Source: a virus
Lineage: Duplodnaviria > Heunggongvirae > Uroviricota > Caudoviricetes
Direction: 5' to 3' (one strand)
Length of the DNA: 25,360 nt
IMG/VR virus record: IMGVR_UViG_2529292905_000020
Every line of letters begins with the position of its first letter. Positions within the stretch are counted from its first letter, which is position 1. Positions 1-7,815 of this stretch are shown piece by piece. Both the position numbers and the translations under genes were made by a program. The notes below the pieces were generated by a model that did no database searches, had not been told where the DNA came from, and was given only the letters and a program-made list of their open reading frames with translations.

Positions 1-1284
1 TCAGTGTGGTACATGGATATCGATACCACGGCTAAGTATAAATCTGGTGTTACTACCGTGAAAGACTCGGTACGACTGGATCCGTGGGTGTTTATGTTCT
101 CCGCAGGATATCGTTTTTAATTTTCTCTGCAAAACCTCTGCAAAACTGGTCATCAAATGACCAGTTTTTTTCCATTCCTTACCGCGTGCGTCGTTGTAAA
201 TATCGGTCATTTTTTGATTCGAATGGCCTAGCAAAATTTTGGTATCAACCCCCTGCTCTCTGAACAATCGCTCTGATAAAGATCTCTGCTCATGGAAAGA
301 GGGTGGGGTGCCATTAGCACGCCAGTTGTAATCCACAGAATCCCGGGCTTTTTTAAATGCAACGGTTAATGTTGCTGGCTTAACCATCCCGCCGCGCTTA
401 GCTGTCCCTTTCGCGTGATGGTGGTGCAATAGCCACGGACTAAGAACGCAATCGCGGCAGGATGACACCACATCATCTAGGGTGAGATTTAATTTATCGC
501 AACGCAGAGCCAGAGGGATGGCAATCCGGGTTCCTGTTTTTTGCTGTTCGACATGACGATAACCATCCCGGATATCCGAAAATTGCATTTTGCAAATATC
601 TGAAAGGCGCTGGCCTGTCATCAGTGCCAGCAGCATACCGCGCTGTAAAAAGTAACCATCCTTTTCCGCTGCGTTATAAATCATCATCCACTCATCAAAA
701 GTCAGTCGCTGTCTTGATATCCGCACCTGCGGTTTTTTTGCAGATTCTGCAGGGTTAAAGCCTGGCGGGACATCGCCCGTTTGCTGAGCTTCCCGGAAAA
801 CATCGATCAGTACTTTCCTGAAAATTTGTCCCATTCTGTTATGTCCTCTGGCCTTGTACTCTTCCAGTACTGATACCACATCTTTTACGGTTATGGCATC
901 TAACGGTCTGGTGCCAAAACGTTCATCAAATACCCTGAGAGGGGCCGCTTTCTGTTTCAGCGTGTTGAGTTTGATTTCGCCGTTTTCATATCTTTCCTGT
1001 TGAATTTTTCTGTAATTATTCAGAAAAATGGTAACGGTTGATGAACCGCCGGTATCACTAATAATTTTCTCCTGCAGACTGAGCATTTGTTCCATTTGCT
1101 GCCGGGCAAGACGGCTGTTCGCTTCTGCTGCAATAGTTTCTGCCAGTTTCTGGTCAATACTGCCGAGACCGTGATTTTTGCCTGTTATGGGATGCCTGTA
1201 ACGCCAGTAAACTTTGTTATTTCTTTTGTCAAAATACGGAGATAATCCCGGAACATCGGTTTTATATTTTCGCGGGCGCGCCAT
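1..1284 (-). CDS. int: Phage integrase, tyrosine recombinase (lambda Int family)
   Basis: 427-aa ORF. C-terminal region resembles the lambda Int catalytic segment (...FHEQRSLSERLF...LLGHSNQKMTDIYNDARGKEWKK). Start overlaps the xis ORF as in lambda. Stop codon lies at window positions 1-3. About 60 aa extend beyond the Int-like homology. Confidence 0.9.
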   Translation of the reverse strand: MARPRKYKTDVPGLSPYFDKRNNKVYWRYRHPITGKNHGLGSIDQKLAETIAAEANSRLARQQMEQMLSLQEKIISDTGGSSTVTIFLNNYRKIQQERYENGEIKLNTLKQKAAPLRVFDERFGTRPLDAITVKDVVSVLEEYKARGHNRMGQIFRKVLIDVFREAQQTGDVPPGFNPAESAKKPQVRISRQRLTFDEWMMIYNAAEKDGYFLQRGMLLALMTGQRLSDICKMQFSDIRDGYRHVEQQKTGTRIAIPLALRCDKLNLTLDDVVSSCRDCVLSPWLLHHHHAKGTAKRGGMVKPATLTVAFKKARDSVDYNWRANGTPPSFHEQRSLSERLFREQGVDTKILLGHSNQKMTDIYNDARGKEWKKTGHLMTSFAEVLQRKLKTISCGEHKHPRIQSYRVFHGSNTRFILSRGIDIHVPH

Positions 1285-1510
1285 CTTCCAGTATCCTCTT
1301 CAAAGCAGGGTGATCTGTGGCGATCACCTCCGGCTTGTTTACCATTCCGACAAAGCGAGCTTGCGGATCCACTCGCCAGCGTCTTCCAACTTTTTTGGGG
1401 AGAGGAAATATCATTCCGGCTTTAGCGTATTTACTTAACGTACTCGGAGTAGGGACCGGTTCACTGAATTCCTCTTTTGCCCACTCAGTGAGCAGAATAA
1501 GTCTTGCCAT
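1262..1510 (-). CDS. xis: Excisionase (lambda Xis-like)
   Basis: 82-aa ORF immediately upstream of and overlapping int. Pattern L.EW...(basic)...IFPLPKKVGRRWRV resembles lambda Xis (LQEW...IFPPPVKDGREY). Confidence 0.75.
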   Translation of the reverse strand: MARLILLTEWAKEEFSEPVPTPSTLSKYAKAGMIFPLPKKVGRRWRVDPQARFVGMVNKPEVIATDHPALKRILEDGAPAKI

Positions 1511-1574
1511 GAGCGTCGTTCGCTAATCATGGTCGCCGCCACTATAGCTGGTGGGCAACGACCGGGGTTGAACA

Positions 1575-4046
1575 TTAAAAATCAGCCTGATTCGGGAGCA
1601 GTTTTTGCCAGATAGTTGAAACGTATTTTGCCTGGTAACGGGCATCATCCAGCGCATTGTGGCGCTCACCTTCGAATGGGATAGCAGTTCTGGCATCGAA
1701 GTCTACGGCTTTCCCCAGCTCAACGATTGTGCGTACATCGCGATCGTTGCAGTAGCGCCACGGGCAGGGGATACCCTGTCGTTCGTATGAACGGCGCAAA
1801 ATAGTGTTGTCGAAGTTGGCCCCATTACCCCAGACCTGAACAAAAAACTCACCGGAGTTTTCGTCGATAAATTCCCGCAATTGCAGTAGTGCATCATCTA
1901 ACGGGATTTCATCGGTCATAATGGCAGACTGCGCTTCACGTGATTGCTTCAGCCACCATTTAATGACGTCACGATCAATGACTCCGCCAGCAGTATCCAG
2001 ATCGATGGTCTTGCTAAATTCTGGTCCCATATCTCCGGTTTGCGGATCGAAAAATATTGCGCCTATTGAGATAATCGGGGCATCGGGATTTTTTCCCATG
2101 GTTTCAAGGTCGATCATCAGATGAATCCCCGCTCTGCTGGTGGATGTGAGATTATGATGACTGTTCGCCTTAATTAAGGGATCTGACGCCTCGCCAGTTT
2201 CACTATCGCTGGCATGATGCTGATTGCCGCCAGTGTTCTCCTTGTGCTGATGTGCAGTACCTTCCATTTCCTCCGGATCATTTTCCTGAACTTCAGGCTG
2301 ATTCTCTTCATCGAATATTTCCTGGTATGTTGCGTCGCCCATCACCGCGCCACAATCAGGGCAGTTGCCGCCGCCGGTCTGACCGCAGGCGGTGCAGACT
2401 TTTTCCACTTCCTGTTGCGCCACTGGTTCAGGCTGTTTCGTTTCTGGCTCGTTTTGTAACGCATTTGGGCTGTTTTGTTCCGCTTTCTGGTCGTTCTGTT
2501 CCGTTTCTTGCTGGTTCTGGTTCACAGAATCGCGGGTTTCAATCCCCTTCACCCATTTCGGATCATTCGGGTCGCTAATCCCTGCAACAAATTCACCACG
2601 TGATGCGGCGAGCAACTGATTGGCGTCAGGCTGGCTGATATTGGCTGCCTGCATAATTTTCTTTACTTCGTCAGCGGTAACTTTTACCGGTTCTGGTTGT
2701 TCAGAATTTTGTGCGGTATTTGCATTTTGCGGTAAGCCTGTGTATGTGCCATTTTTTCGGGCAAAATATTCTTCTTTTGTGATTTCAGTAGCCCCGGCAG
2801 CCAGCGCCTTATCCAGACCAGAAAGTTTGTTTGCGCGACCGTATTTTTCGCAATCCTTGTCGGTGAAGAGGAAGTAGAACGGCCCCTCACGCTCTACAGA
2901 TGGTTCGACTTCCACTTTGCATTCGGTTTTTTCGTTGTCCGGAATTGCCGTTTCCACTGCATCAGTTTCTGGTACTGGCGACGAGAGAGTATCAGTTGCG
3001 CTCTGATTTCTTCCTTCATCTTCAAACACGCCCTTTGTAGTCAGGTATTCAGTAATGTATTTGTTCAGTGCCACAGGGTCTTTGTGAATGTCGATCGGAC
3101 GTTCACGGATAAGGCCAAAAATAGTCTGGCGGTCGTAGCGAAGGGCATCAGGCTGTTTGCGCATTGATGCCGAGATACGCTTCCAGTCTTCGCGGTCGTT
3201 GTCGATAACTTCATTTTTTGCCCAGCGATGGATGCTGCCGTCAATGTTTCCGGCATCCACATCACCAGGCCAGAGAGCGTAGGCCAGTTCGTCATCCAGT
3301 GTTTTCCATGTCTGCTTGTATTCGCGATGAATGGCAGCAATGACCGGGTTGATTTTTCCTGTTGAATTTTCAGTGTGCTGTTGATTGGCTCTGGCGCGGG
3401 CGAGATCAACAACAGACGTGTATTTTCCGGCTTCCTTGCGTTCACCTTCGCGACGTTTTTTCCAGATGCGCATCTCTGCCTGAATTTCGGGCCATTTGGC
3501 ACCAGGCTTACATTTATGCTTAACCCACCCGATGGCATGCAGCTTAAGCTCCGGATACATAGCGTTAACTTCTGGCATTTTCATCAACGCTTCAACGATA
3601 TGGCCGTCGAATGTTGCCATGTCTTCCTGCAACAATTCCTGTGCGCTAATCACCATATCAACAGTGATGTTTTCACATGTGTCGAACTTAACCATGACAG
3701 CGTTCTGTACTTCAGGGGCCAGCTTGTCAAAAGCGACGTTCATCGGATCTGATTCAGTCTCAACCGGGACAAAGGAAGCAGCCCCCTCATCCCAGCGGTT
3801 TTCCTGCATATATTCAGCATCCCAGGAATCGAGGGCAGGGCGGGGTATACCGGGTTTATCCTCGCAAACAAGAAATTTATAAGCGCAGTCCTGAGCAGCC
3901 GGATAATGCTCCAGGAATTGCCAGTGAAATTTTGCGCGGGCGCGACGTTCATCACCGGCTTCAATGGCAGTGGCTACAGCGACTGCACCTTCTTCCTTTA
4001 TTGCCTGTTCGTCCGGAATGGCGGCGCAAATAAAGACTTTACTCAT
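1575..4046 (-). CDS. Prophage exonuclease with C-terminal DnaQ-like (DEDDh) 3'-5' exonuclease domain
   Basis: 823-aa ORF. C-terminal ~180 aa carry Exo I/II/III-like motifs (MIDLETMG, WGNGANFD, HNALDDARY). Central CTACGQTGGGNCPDCG looks like a zinc ribbon, flanked by Q/E/N-rich linkers. N-terminal ~500 aa have no motif I recognise. Sits at the lambda exo position. Confidence 0.8.
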   Translation of the reverse strand: MSKVFICAAIPDEQAIKEEGAVAVATAIEAGDERRARAKFHWQFLEHYPAAQDCAYKFLVCEDKPGIPRPALDSWDAEYMQENRWDEGAASFVPVETESDPMNVAFDKLAPEVQNAVMVKFDTCENITVDMVISAQELLQEDMATFDGHIVEALMKMPEVNAMYPELKLHAIGWVKHKCKPGAKWPEIQAEMRIWKKRREGERKEAGKYTSVVDLARARANQQHTENSTGKINPVIAAIHREYKQTWKTLDDELAYALWPGDVDAGNIDGSIHRWAKNEVIDNDREDWKRISASMRKQPDALRYDRQTIFGLIRERPIDIHKDPVALNKYITEYLTTKGVFEDEGRNQSATDTLSSPVPETDAVETAIPDNEKTECKVEVEPSVEREGPFYFLFTDKDCEKYGRANKLSGLDKALAAGATEITKEEYFARKNGTYTGLPQNANTAQNSEQPEPVKVTADEVKKIMQAANISQPDANQLLAASRGEFVAGISDPNDPKWVKGIETRDSVNQNQQETEQNDQKAEQNSPNALQNEPETKQPEPVAQQEVEKVCTACGQTGGGNCPDCGAVMGDATYQEIFDEENQPEVQENDPEEMEGTAHQHKENTGGNQHHASDSETGEASDPLIKANSHHNLTSTSRAGIHLMIDLETMGKNPDAPIISIGAIFFDPQTGDMGPEFSKTIDLDTAGGVIDRDVIKWWLKQSREAQSAIMTDEIPLDDALLQLREFIDENSGEFFVQVWGNGANFDNTILRRSYERQGIPCPWRYCNDRDVRTIVELGKAVDFDARTAIPFEGERHNALDDARYQAKYVSTIWQKLLPNQADF

Positions 4047-4138
4047 TTTGTTTTACCTCATTACAGATTTAAGGGTGAACAAATCCCTGCCATTGCTGGC
4101 ATATAAGAATGAAATCGGATGTTTATTACGGAACTGTT

Positions 4139-4330
4139 TTAAAGACCTGCCGGGATTTCGTTATTATCCTGGTGAATAACTTTATCGACCGGGTAACAGT
4201 TACCGGGAATTTTCTGTTCGGTTGCTGCAGTCACACACTCCTGCATTGTCCTGTGAACACTGACTGCAATATCAACTGGCTCTCCGGAAACAAGAAAAAC
4301 TGTCAGAACAAGTGCAAATGCTGTATTCAT
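4139..4330 (-). CDS. ydfD: YdfD-like small protein (63 aa)
   Basis: Start chosen at internal ATG 4330 (MNTAFALVLTVFLVSG..., hydrophobic N-terminus), with AGGA 8 nt upstream. ATGA start/stop overlap with dicB. Sequence matches my recollection of Qin-prophage YdfD. Confidence 0.7.
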   Translation of the reverse strand: MNTAFALVLTVFLVSGEPVDIAVSVHRTMQECVTAATEQKIPGNCYPVDKVIHQDNNEIPAGL

Positions 4331-4515
4331 TGCCAGCATCCTTTTTGTATCGGACGTAAACGGGCCAGCATTGAAAGAATGCATATTTTATTTAATAACT
4401 CCCGTTCGTGTTTTCTCTTGTTAATGGCATCTTCAGTAAATACAGGGTTACTGATAGTGACACCAATTTCAAAACAACCTTCAGACGTATTAACGTTTGG
4501 TAATAACGTTTCCAT
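4327..4515 (-). CDS. dicB: DicB cell-division inhibitor (62 aa)
   Basis: METLLPNVNTSEGCFEIGVTISNPVFTEDAINKRKHERELLNKICILSMLARL... matches remembered DicB. GAGGA 7 nt upstream of ATG 4515. The ORF-track start at 4620 is probably an upstream extension. Confidence 0.85.
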   Translation of the reverse strand: METLLPNVNTSEGCFEIGVTISNPVFTEDAINKRKHERELLNKICILSMLARLRPIQKGCWQ

Positions 4516-4684
4516 TATCGCGTCCTCAACAATGAATTTTGTGATGCGGTGCCTGGTGCCTCCAGGTGACGTTAACCAGTTAACAATTAACGCCGGATAC
4601 AGTGAATCCCCCCATAACACTGTTTTTAGCTTTAACTGTTCCGCGTGCGCTTAGCCGCATTCACTGCATCACAAAATTCACTTT

Positions 4685-4740
4685 AAAAAGGGCGGACATC
4701 AGTTCATGGGCAAACAGATGCCGCCAAACGTCACCAGAAA
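4685..4740 (-). ncRNA. dicF: DicF-like small RNA
   Basis: Minus strand reads UUUCUGGUGACGUUUGGCGG (matches the DicF 5' region as I recall it), then a GGCGGCAUC...GAUGUCCGCC stem and CUUUUU. Lies just upstream of dicB as in Qin. Exact 5' and 3' ends are inferred. Confidence 0.75.
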
Positions 4741-5073
4741 ATTGATAACAGAGGGCGTTGCAGCGGGGTTGTCACTTAAGCGTATGGTCAACCTGACAAC
4801 CCGGTGTCCTCAACGGGGAAGGAATAACCCCGCCATACTTACCGCTGCGCCATTTCGCGGAGTGCCACAACCGGAAGCGCACGGTCGACGAAAATTTAAC
4901 GACAGGCTATCTATGAACCAGCAACCTCGCCGTGCGCTTTCGCGTTATGCTCTGACTTTTCAGAGAAATATCCTTTCAGTAAACTGTCAGTGCCGGATGT
5001 TCACCCGTGTCCGGCGCACGCACTCCACTTCACCCGTGGAGAACTCCTTAATTACCAACCCTCAGGAGGGTGA

Positions 5074-5307
5074 ATGTTAAAATCAACTCTTATTGCTAAA
5101 TGCCTTTATCAAAATCGCATGGTAAGCAGCATTTCAATAGGCGAGTCTGCAGTTAAAAGTATTTTCGAAGAGTACTTTCCCGGGCATGATTTTAATAAAT
5201 GGAATACCAAATTACCGCCAGCAGTTTCAACGCGTATTCTGAAAGCAACCGAAAGAGCAAGTACAATTCGCGTTAACTATTTCATTAAAGATTTGTGGGA
5301 TCTTTGA
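5074..5307 (+). CDS. Hypothetical protein (77 aa), antisense to the dicB operon
   Basis: ORF with AGGAGG 4 nt upstream of ATG 5074. AT-rich. 3' end overlaps the convergent 135-aa ORF by 23 nt. No recognised family. Confidence 0.3.
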   Translation: MLKSTLIAKCLYQNRMVSSISIGESAVKSIFEEYFPGHDFNKWNTKLPPAVSTRILKATERASTIRVNYFIKDLWDL

Positions 5308-5692
5308 TATCCACAGAGCCTAAAGTATGTGCATATGGATGTGCTATTATGCGCCCTCGCAGATTTGCATCATTTTCTAAATTCACTGAACGAAACAGGG
5401 CATCAACAAGGCTCTGTACAATGCAAAGGCAATCGAAGACTGTCGCCGTTTCTGTTTTGATTGATGAAAGAACATGGCCATTCACGCAAACAGAAATTAC
5501 CCGTTTATTAACATCGCTTTCCTGCTTTTGATTATCAGAACCATATAGCCCAGAAAAAGCATTGCGCACATTACGAACCATATTATCGATGGTTTCTTTT
5601 TCTGCGGTACTAAGGTCAAGAGTAGCCAGTTGTGAACGAACTATATTCGATGCCATTTCCTGTAATGGCGTTGGTAAATCTTTAAATTCCAT
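5285..5692 (-). CDS. Hypothetical protein (135 aa), AT-rich insert in the dicB operon
   Basis: ORF starts 20 nt downstream of ydfC with GAGG about 8 nt upstream of ATG 5692. AT-rich relative to neighbours. No recognised motif. Confidence 0.55.
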   Translation of the reverse strand: MEFKDLPTPLQEMASNIVRSQLATLDLSTAEKETIDNMVRNVRNAFSGLYGSDNQKQESDVNKRVISVCVNGHVLSSIKTETATVFDCLCIVQSLVDALFRSVNLENDANLRGRIIAHPYAHTLGSVDIKDPTNL

Positions 5693-5714
5693 TATTAGCC
5701 TCGTTGGTTAGCTA

Positions 5715-5933
5715 TTAACGTGGGTATGTAATCATTCTGGCAATGCTTAATGCCGCTGCTTTTTCCAGATTGGTGATATCCTGCTCCAGAGCGGACAGAT
5801 TTTCAGCCTGCTTAGCCCTGGCTTCATTGGCCCATTTCAGGTCCTGCACCGCCTTAATTTTCTGGTGCATCCACTCATAAAGTTCATCATCGGTATAGTC
5901 TGGCGCGATGATGACGGGGGCTCGTTTCTGCAT
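5715..5933 (-). CDS. ydfC: YdfC-like protein (72 aa)
   Basis: MQKRAPVIIAPDYTDDELYEWM...LSIARMITYPR matches my recollection of Qin YdfC. Same operon position. Confidence 0.7.
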   Translation of the reverse strand: MQKRAPVIIAPDYTDDELYEWMHQKIKAVQDLKWANEARAKQAENLSALEQDITNLEKAAALSIARMITYPR

Positions 5934-6005
5934 GTCGGCTCCTTGTGGTTAGCGTTGCCTGCTTTTTAACCACGTCAGGCGAGGTGGTATCCTCTGAGGG
6001 GTCTG

Positions 6006-6362
6006 TTACTCGAGAGGAAATTGGTTATGAATACAATCAAGTTTTCTTGCCCAGAATGTGGTGGCTAAGTCTTTGACACATCCTTTAAGCCGCAGGGCTC
6101 TGACAGTTTCGCGGGAGCCATCTGCAAAAATTGTGGTCACCTTGTAACTGAAGATGAGTCCTCGCAGTTCGATGACGAAATCGTTGACAATATCTTCGGT
6201 GCACTCACCAGAGACTTTCTGAAGTAAAGGCGCATACCGCTTAGTTACCGCTCTGATAACTCTTACCTGTCCGGCAATGGCGCTGATATCAATATAAAGC
6301 GCCATCGCTGTTTCTTTGCTGATCCCTGGACGCCTTCCATTCTGATGTTTGACTTCGCCCAC
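6006..6362 (-). CDS. Hypothetical protein (118 aa), first gene of the dicB-type operon
   Basis: GTG start at 6362 with GAGGA about 8 nt upstream. Possibly corresponds to the ydfA/ydfB region of K-12 Qin as a single ORF. Confidence 0.55.
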   Translation of the reverse strand: MGEVKHQNGRRPGISKETAMALYIDISAIAGQVRVIRAVTKRYAPLLQKVSGECTEDIVNDFVIELRGLIFSYKVTTIFADGSRETVRALRLKGCVKDLATTFWARKLDCIHNQFPLE

Positions 6363-6568
6363 TGAGAAATCCTCTGCTTCCCCTTAACGCCGGGTAGCGG
6401 AACTGTTTGCTGAGAACACCGTGCGGTGTCTTGATGAGTAGAATTTAGAATAGCCTAAGAGTTATGGTCGAGCTTTTGTGTAGAAAAACCTAAGCTTCTT
6501 GATGTAAAAAACACAAGTATTTGAAAGTTTGTGCTTTTTATTACAGAGAGTTGCGAAAAAAAGGGGGG

Positions 6569-6976
6569 TTATTTATTTGCGCTTCTTTTGCGAGCTTTGA
6601 GTAGTTCTTCAAAAAGTTTGTTGAAATTCTCAACTCGAGCACGCATCTCTGACAACAGAGCCTTTTGCTCTGACTCAGGCAGTGCGTCGAACAGTTGAAG
6701 CAACTCTTTTTGATCTTCTGTCAGATTGACTGGCTGATTATCTGGGATCGGTTCGCCTGGTTGCTTATCTTCATCTCCAAAAAGAAGCCAAGTCGGCGAG
6801 CACTGAAGCGCCTGGCTCAGTGCGAATAATCTCTTCCCCGCTGGCTGTGTTTCATCTCTTTCCCATTGAGAAATTGTTACGTGAGCCACTTTGACCAGCT
6901 TACCTAATGCGGCCTGAGACAGTTTTAATTTTTTTCGCCTGTATAAGAGGCGAGCACCGAAGGTTTCGTTTTTCAT
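6569..6976 (-). CDS. dicA: DicA repressor (HTH XRE family, cI-like)
   Basis: 135-aa ORF MKNETFGARLLYRRKKLKLSQAALGKLVKVAHVTISQWERDETQP... with a clear HTH motif. Divergent from dicC. Confidence 0.9.
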   Translation of the reverse strand: MKNETFGARLLYRRKKLKLSQAALGKLVKVAHVTISQWERDETQPAGKRLFALSQALQCSPTWLLFGDEDKQPGEPIPDNQPVNLTEDQKELLQLFDALPESEQKALLSEMRARVENFNKLFEELLKARKRSANK

Positions 6977-7052
6977 ATTAGGTAATTCTAATTTTTCTTG
7001 ACTTAGGTTTCTCTACGATCTAGTTTCCTTAGGAAAATCTAAGGGGTTCGAT
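6977..7052. promoter_or_regulatory. Divergent dicA/dicC promoter-operator region
   Basis: 76-bp intergenic region with three TTAGG-containing sites (6978-6991, 7013-7026, 7027-7044). The last is a perfect palindrome CCTTAG-GAAAAT-CTAAGG. TTGACT -35-like hexamer at 7006-7011. Confidence 0.5.
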
Positions 7053-7280
7053 ATGTTGAAAATTGATGCTATAGCGTTTTTTGGCAGCAAAACAAAGCTT
7101 GCCAATGTCGCAGGAGTTAGGCTGGCAAGCGTTGCTGCATGGGGGGAACTGGTTCCTGAAGGTCGCGCGATGCGCCTGCAAGAGGCATCCGGCGGGGAAC
7201 TTCAGTACGACCCCAAAGTTTATGACGAATATCGTAAGGCAAAGCGGGCGGGGCGGTTGAACAATGAAAATCACCACTGA
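7053..7280 (+). CDS. dicC: DicC (Cro-like regulator)
   Basis: 75-aa ORF MLKIDAIAFFGSKTKLANVAGV... divergent from dicA. AGGGG 6 nt upstream of ATG. Confidence 0.85.
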   Translation: MLKIDAIAFFGSKTKLANVAGVRLASVAAWGELVPEGRAMRLQEASGGELQYDPKVYDEYRKAKRAGRLNNENHH

Positions 7281-7815
7281 ACAGGTTTGTGAGGCTCTGG
7301 ATACCTGGGTATGCCGACCAGGAATGACACAGGAGCAGGCGACGATATTAATCACGGAAGCATTCTGGGCTCTGAAAGAACGCCCGAACATCGATGTTCA
7401 ACGCGTCACGTTTAATGATGGCGAGGTTGATCAACGGGCGCTGGGCGTTAACCGGGTGAAGATATTCGAACGCTGGAAAGCTATCGACACCAGAGATAAG
7501 CGTGACAAATTCACGGCGCTGATTCCGGCAATTATGGAGGCTATCCGGATCAGCGATTTCAGATTGTATTGTGAAATTACTGACGGAAAAAGCATTACGT
7601 ACATGATCGCCGGGTTAAACAAAGAATATGGCGATGTGGTGGAGTCCGGGCTGCTTTTTGCGGATCCAGTTGTTGTGGAACGTGAGACTGACGAGCTTAT
7701 AGAAAAAGCTATTGCTTTCAAGCACGCGTATCGTCAGCAATACCAATATTACTTTGCAGATAAACAAATGTCTGCCAGGGGTTCGTATGAGTATCGATGC
7801 ACTACGATGGGCTAA
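7264..7815 (+). CDS. YdaT-like protein (CII-position gene)
   Basis: 183-aa ORF right after the cro-like gene. Segment KFTALIPAIMEAIR resembles the YdaT family of Rac-type prophages; assignment is by recollection. Confidence 0.55.
   Translation: MKITTEQVCEALDTWVCRPGMTQEQATILITEAFWALKERPNIDVQRVTFNDGEVDQRALGVNRVKIFERWKAIDTRDKRDKFTALIPAIMEAIRISDFRLYCEITDGKSITYMIAGLNKEYGDVVESGLLFADPVVVERETDELIEKAIAFKHAYRQQYQYYFADKQMSARGSYEYRCTTMG

Noticed and set aside
2214-3882. Cluster of plus-strand ORFs (81-128 aa)
   Set aside because: All lie antisense within the 823-aa exonuclease gene. Cys/Phe/Ser-rich shadow frames.
1575-4046. Calling the 823-aa exonuclease RecE (exonuclease VIII)
   Set aside because: RecE has a C-terminal PD-(D/E)XK lambda-Exo-like nuclease. 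This protein's C-terminus has DEDDh (DnaQ-like) motifs, and no recT/bet gene is adjacent.
4109-4654. 181-aa plus-strand ORF
   Set aside because: Lies antisense to the well-supported dicB and ydfD genes; Cys-rich, low-complexity translation without RBS. Treated as a shadow ORF.
4706-5080. 124-aa Arg-rich plus-strand ORF
   Set aside because: Overlaps DicF antisense and runs through the GC-rich hairpin region. Composition looks like translated structured or non-coding DNA; no RBS.
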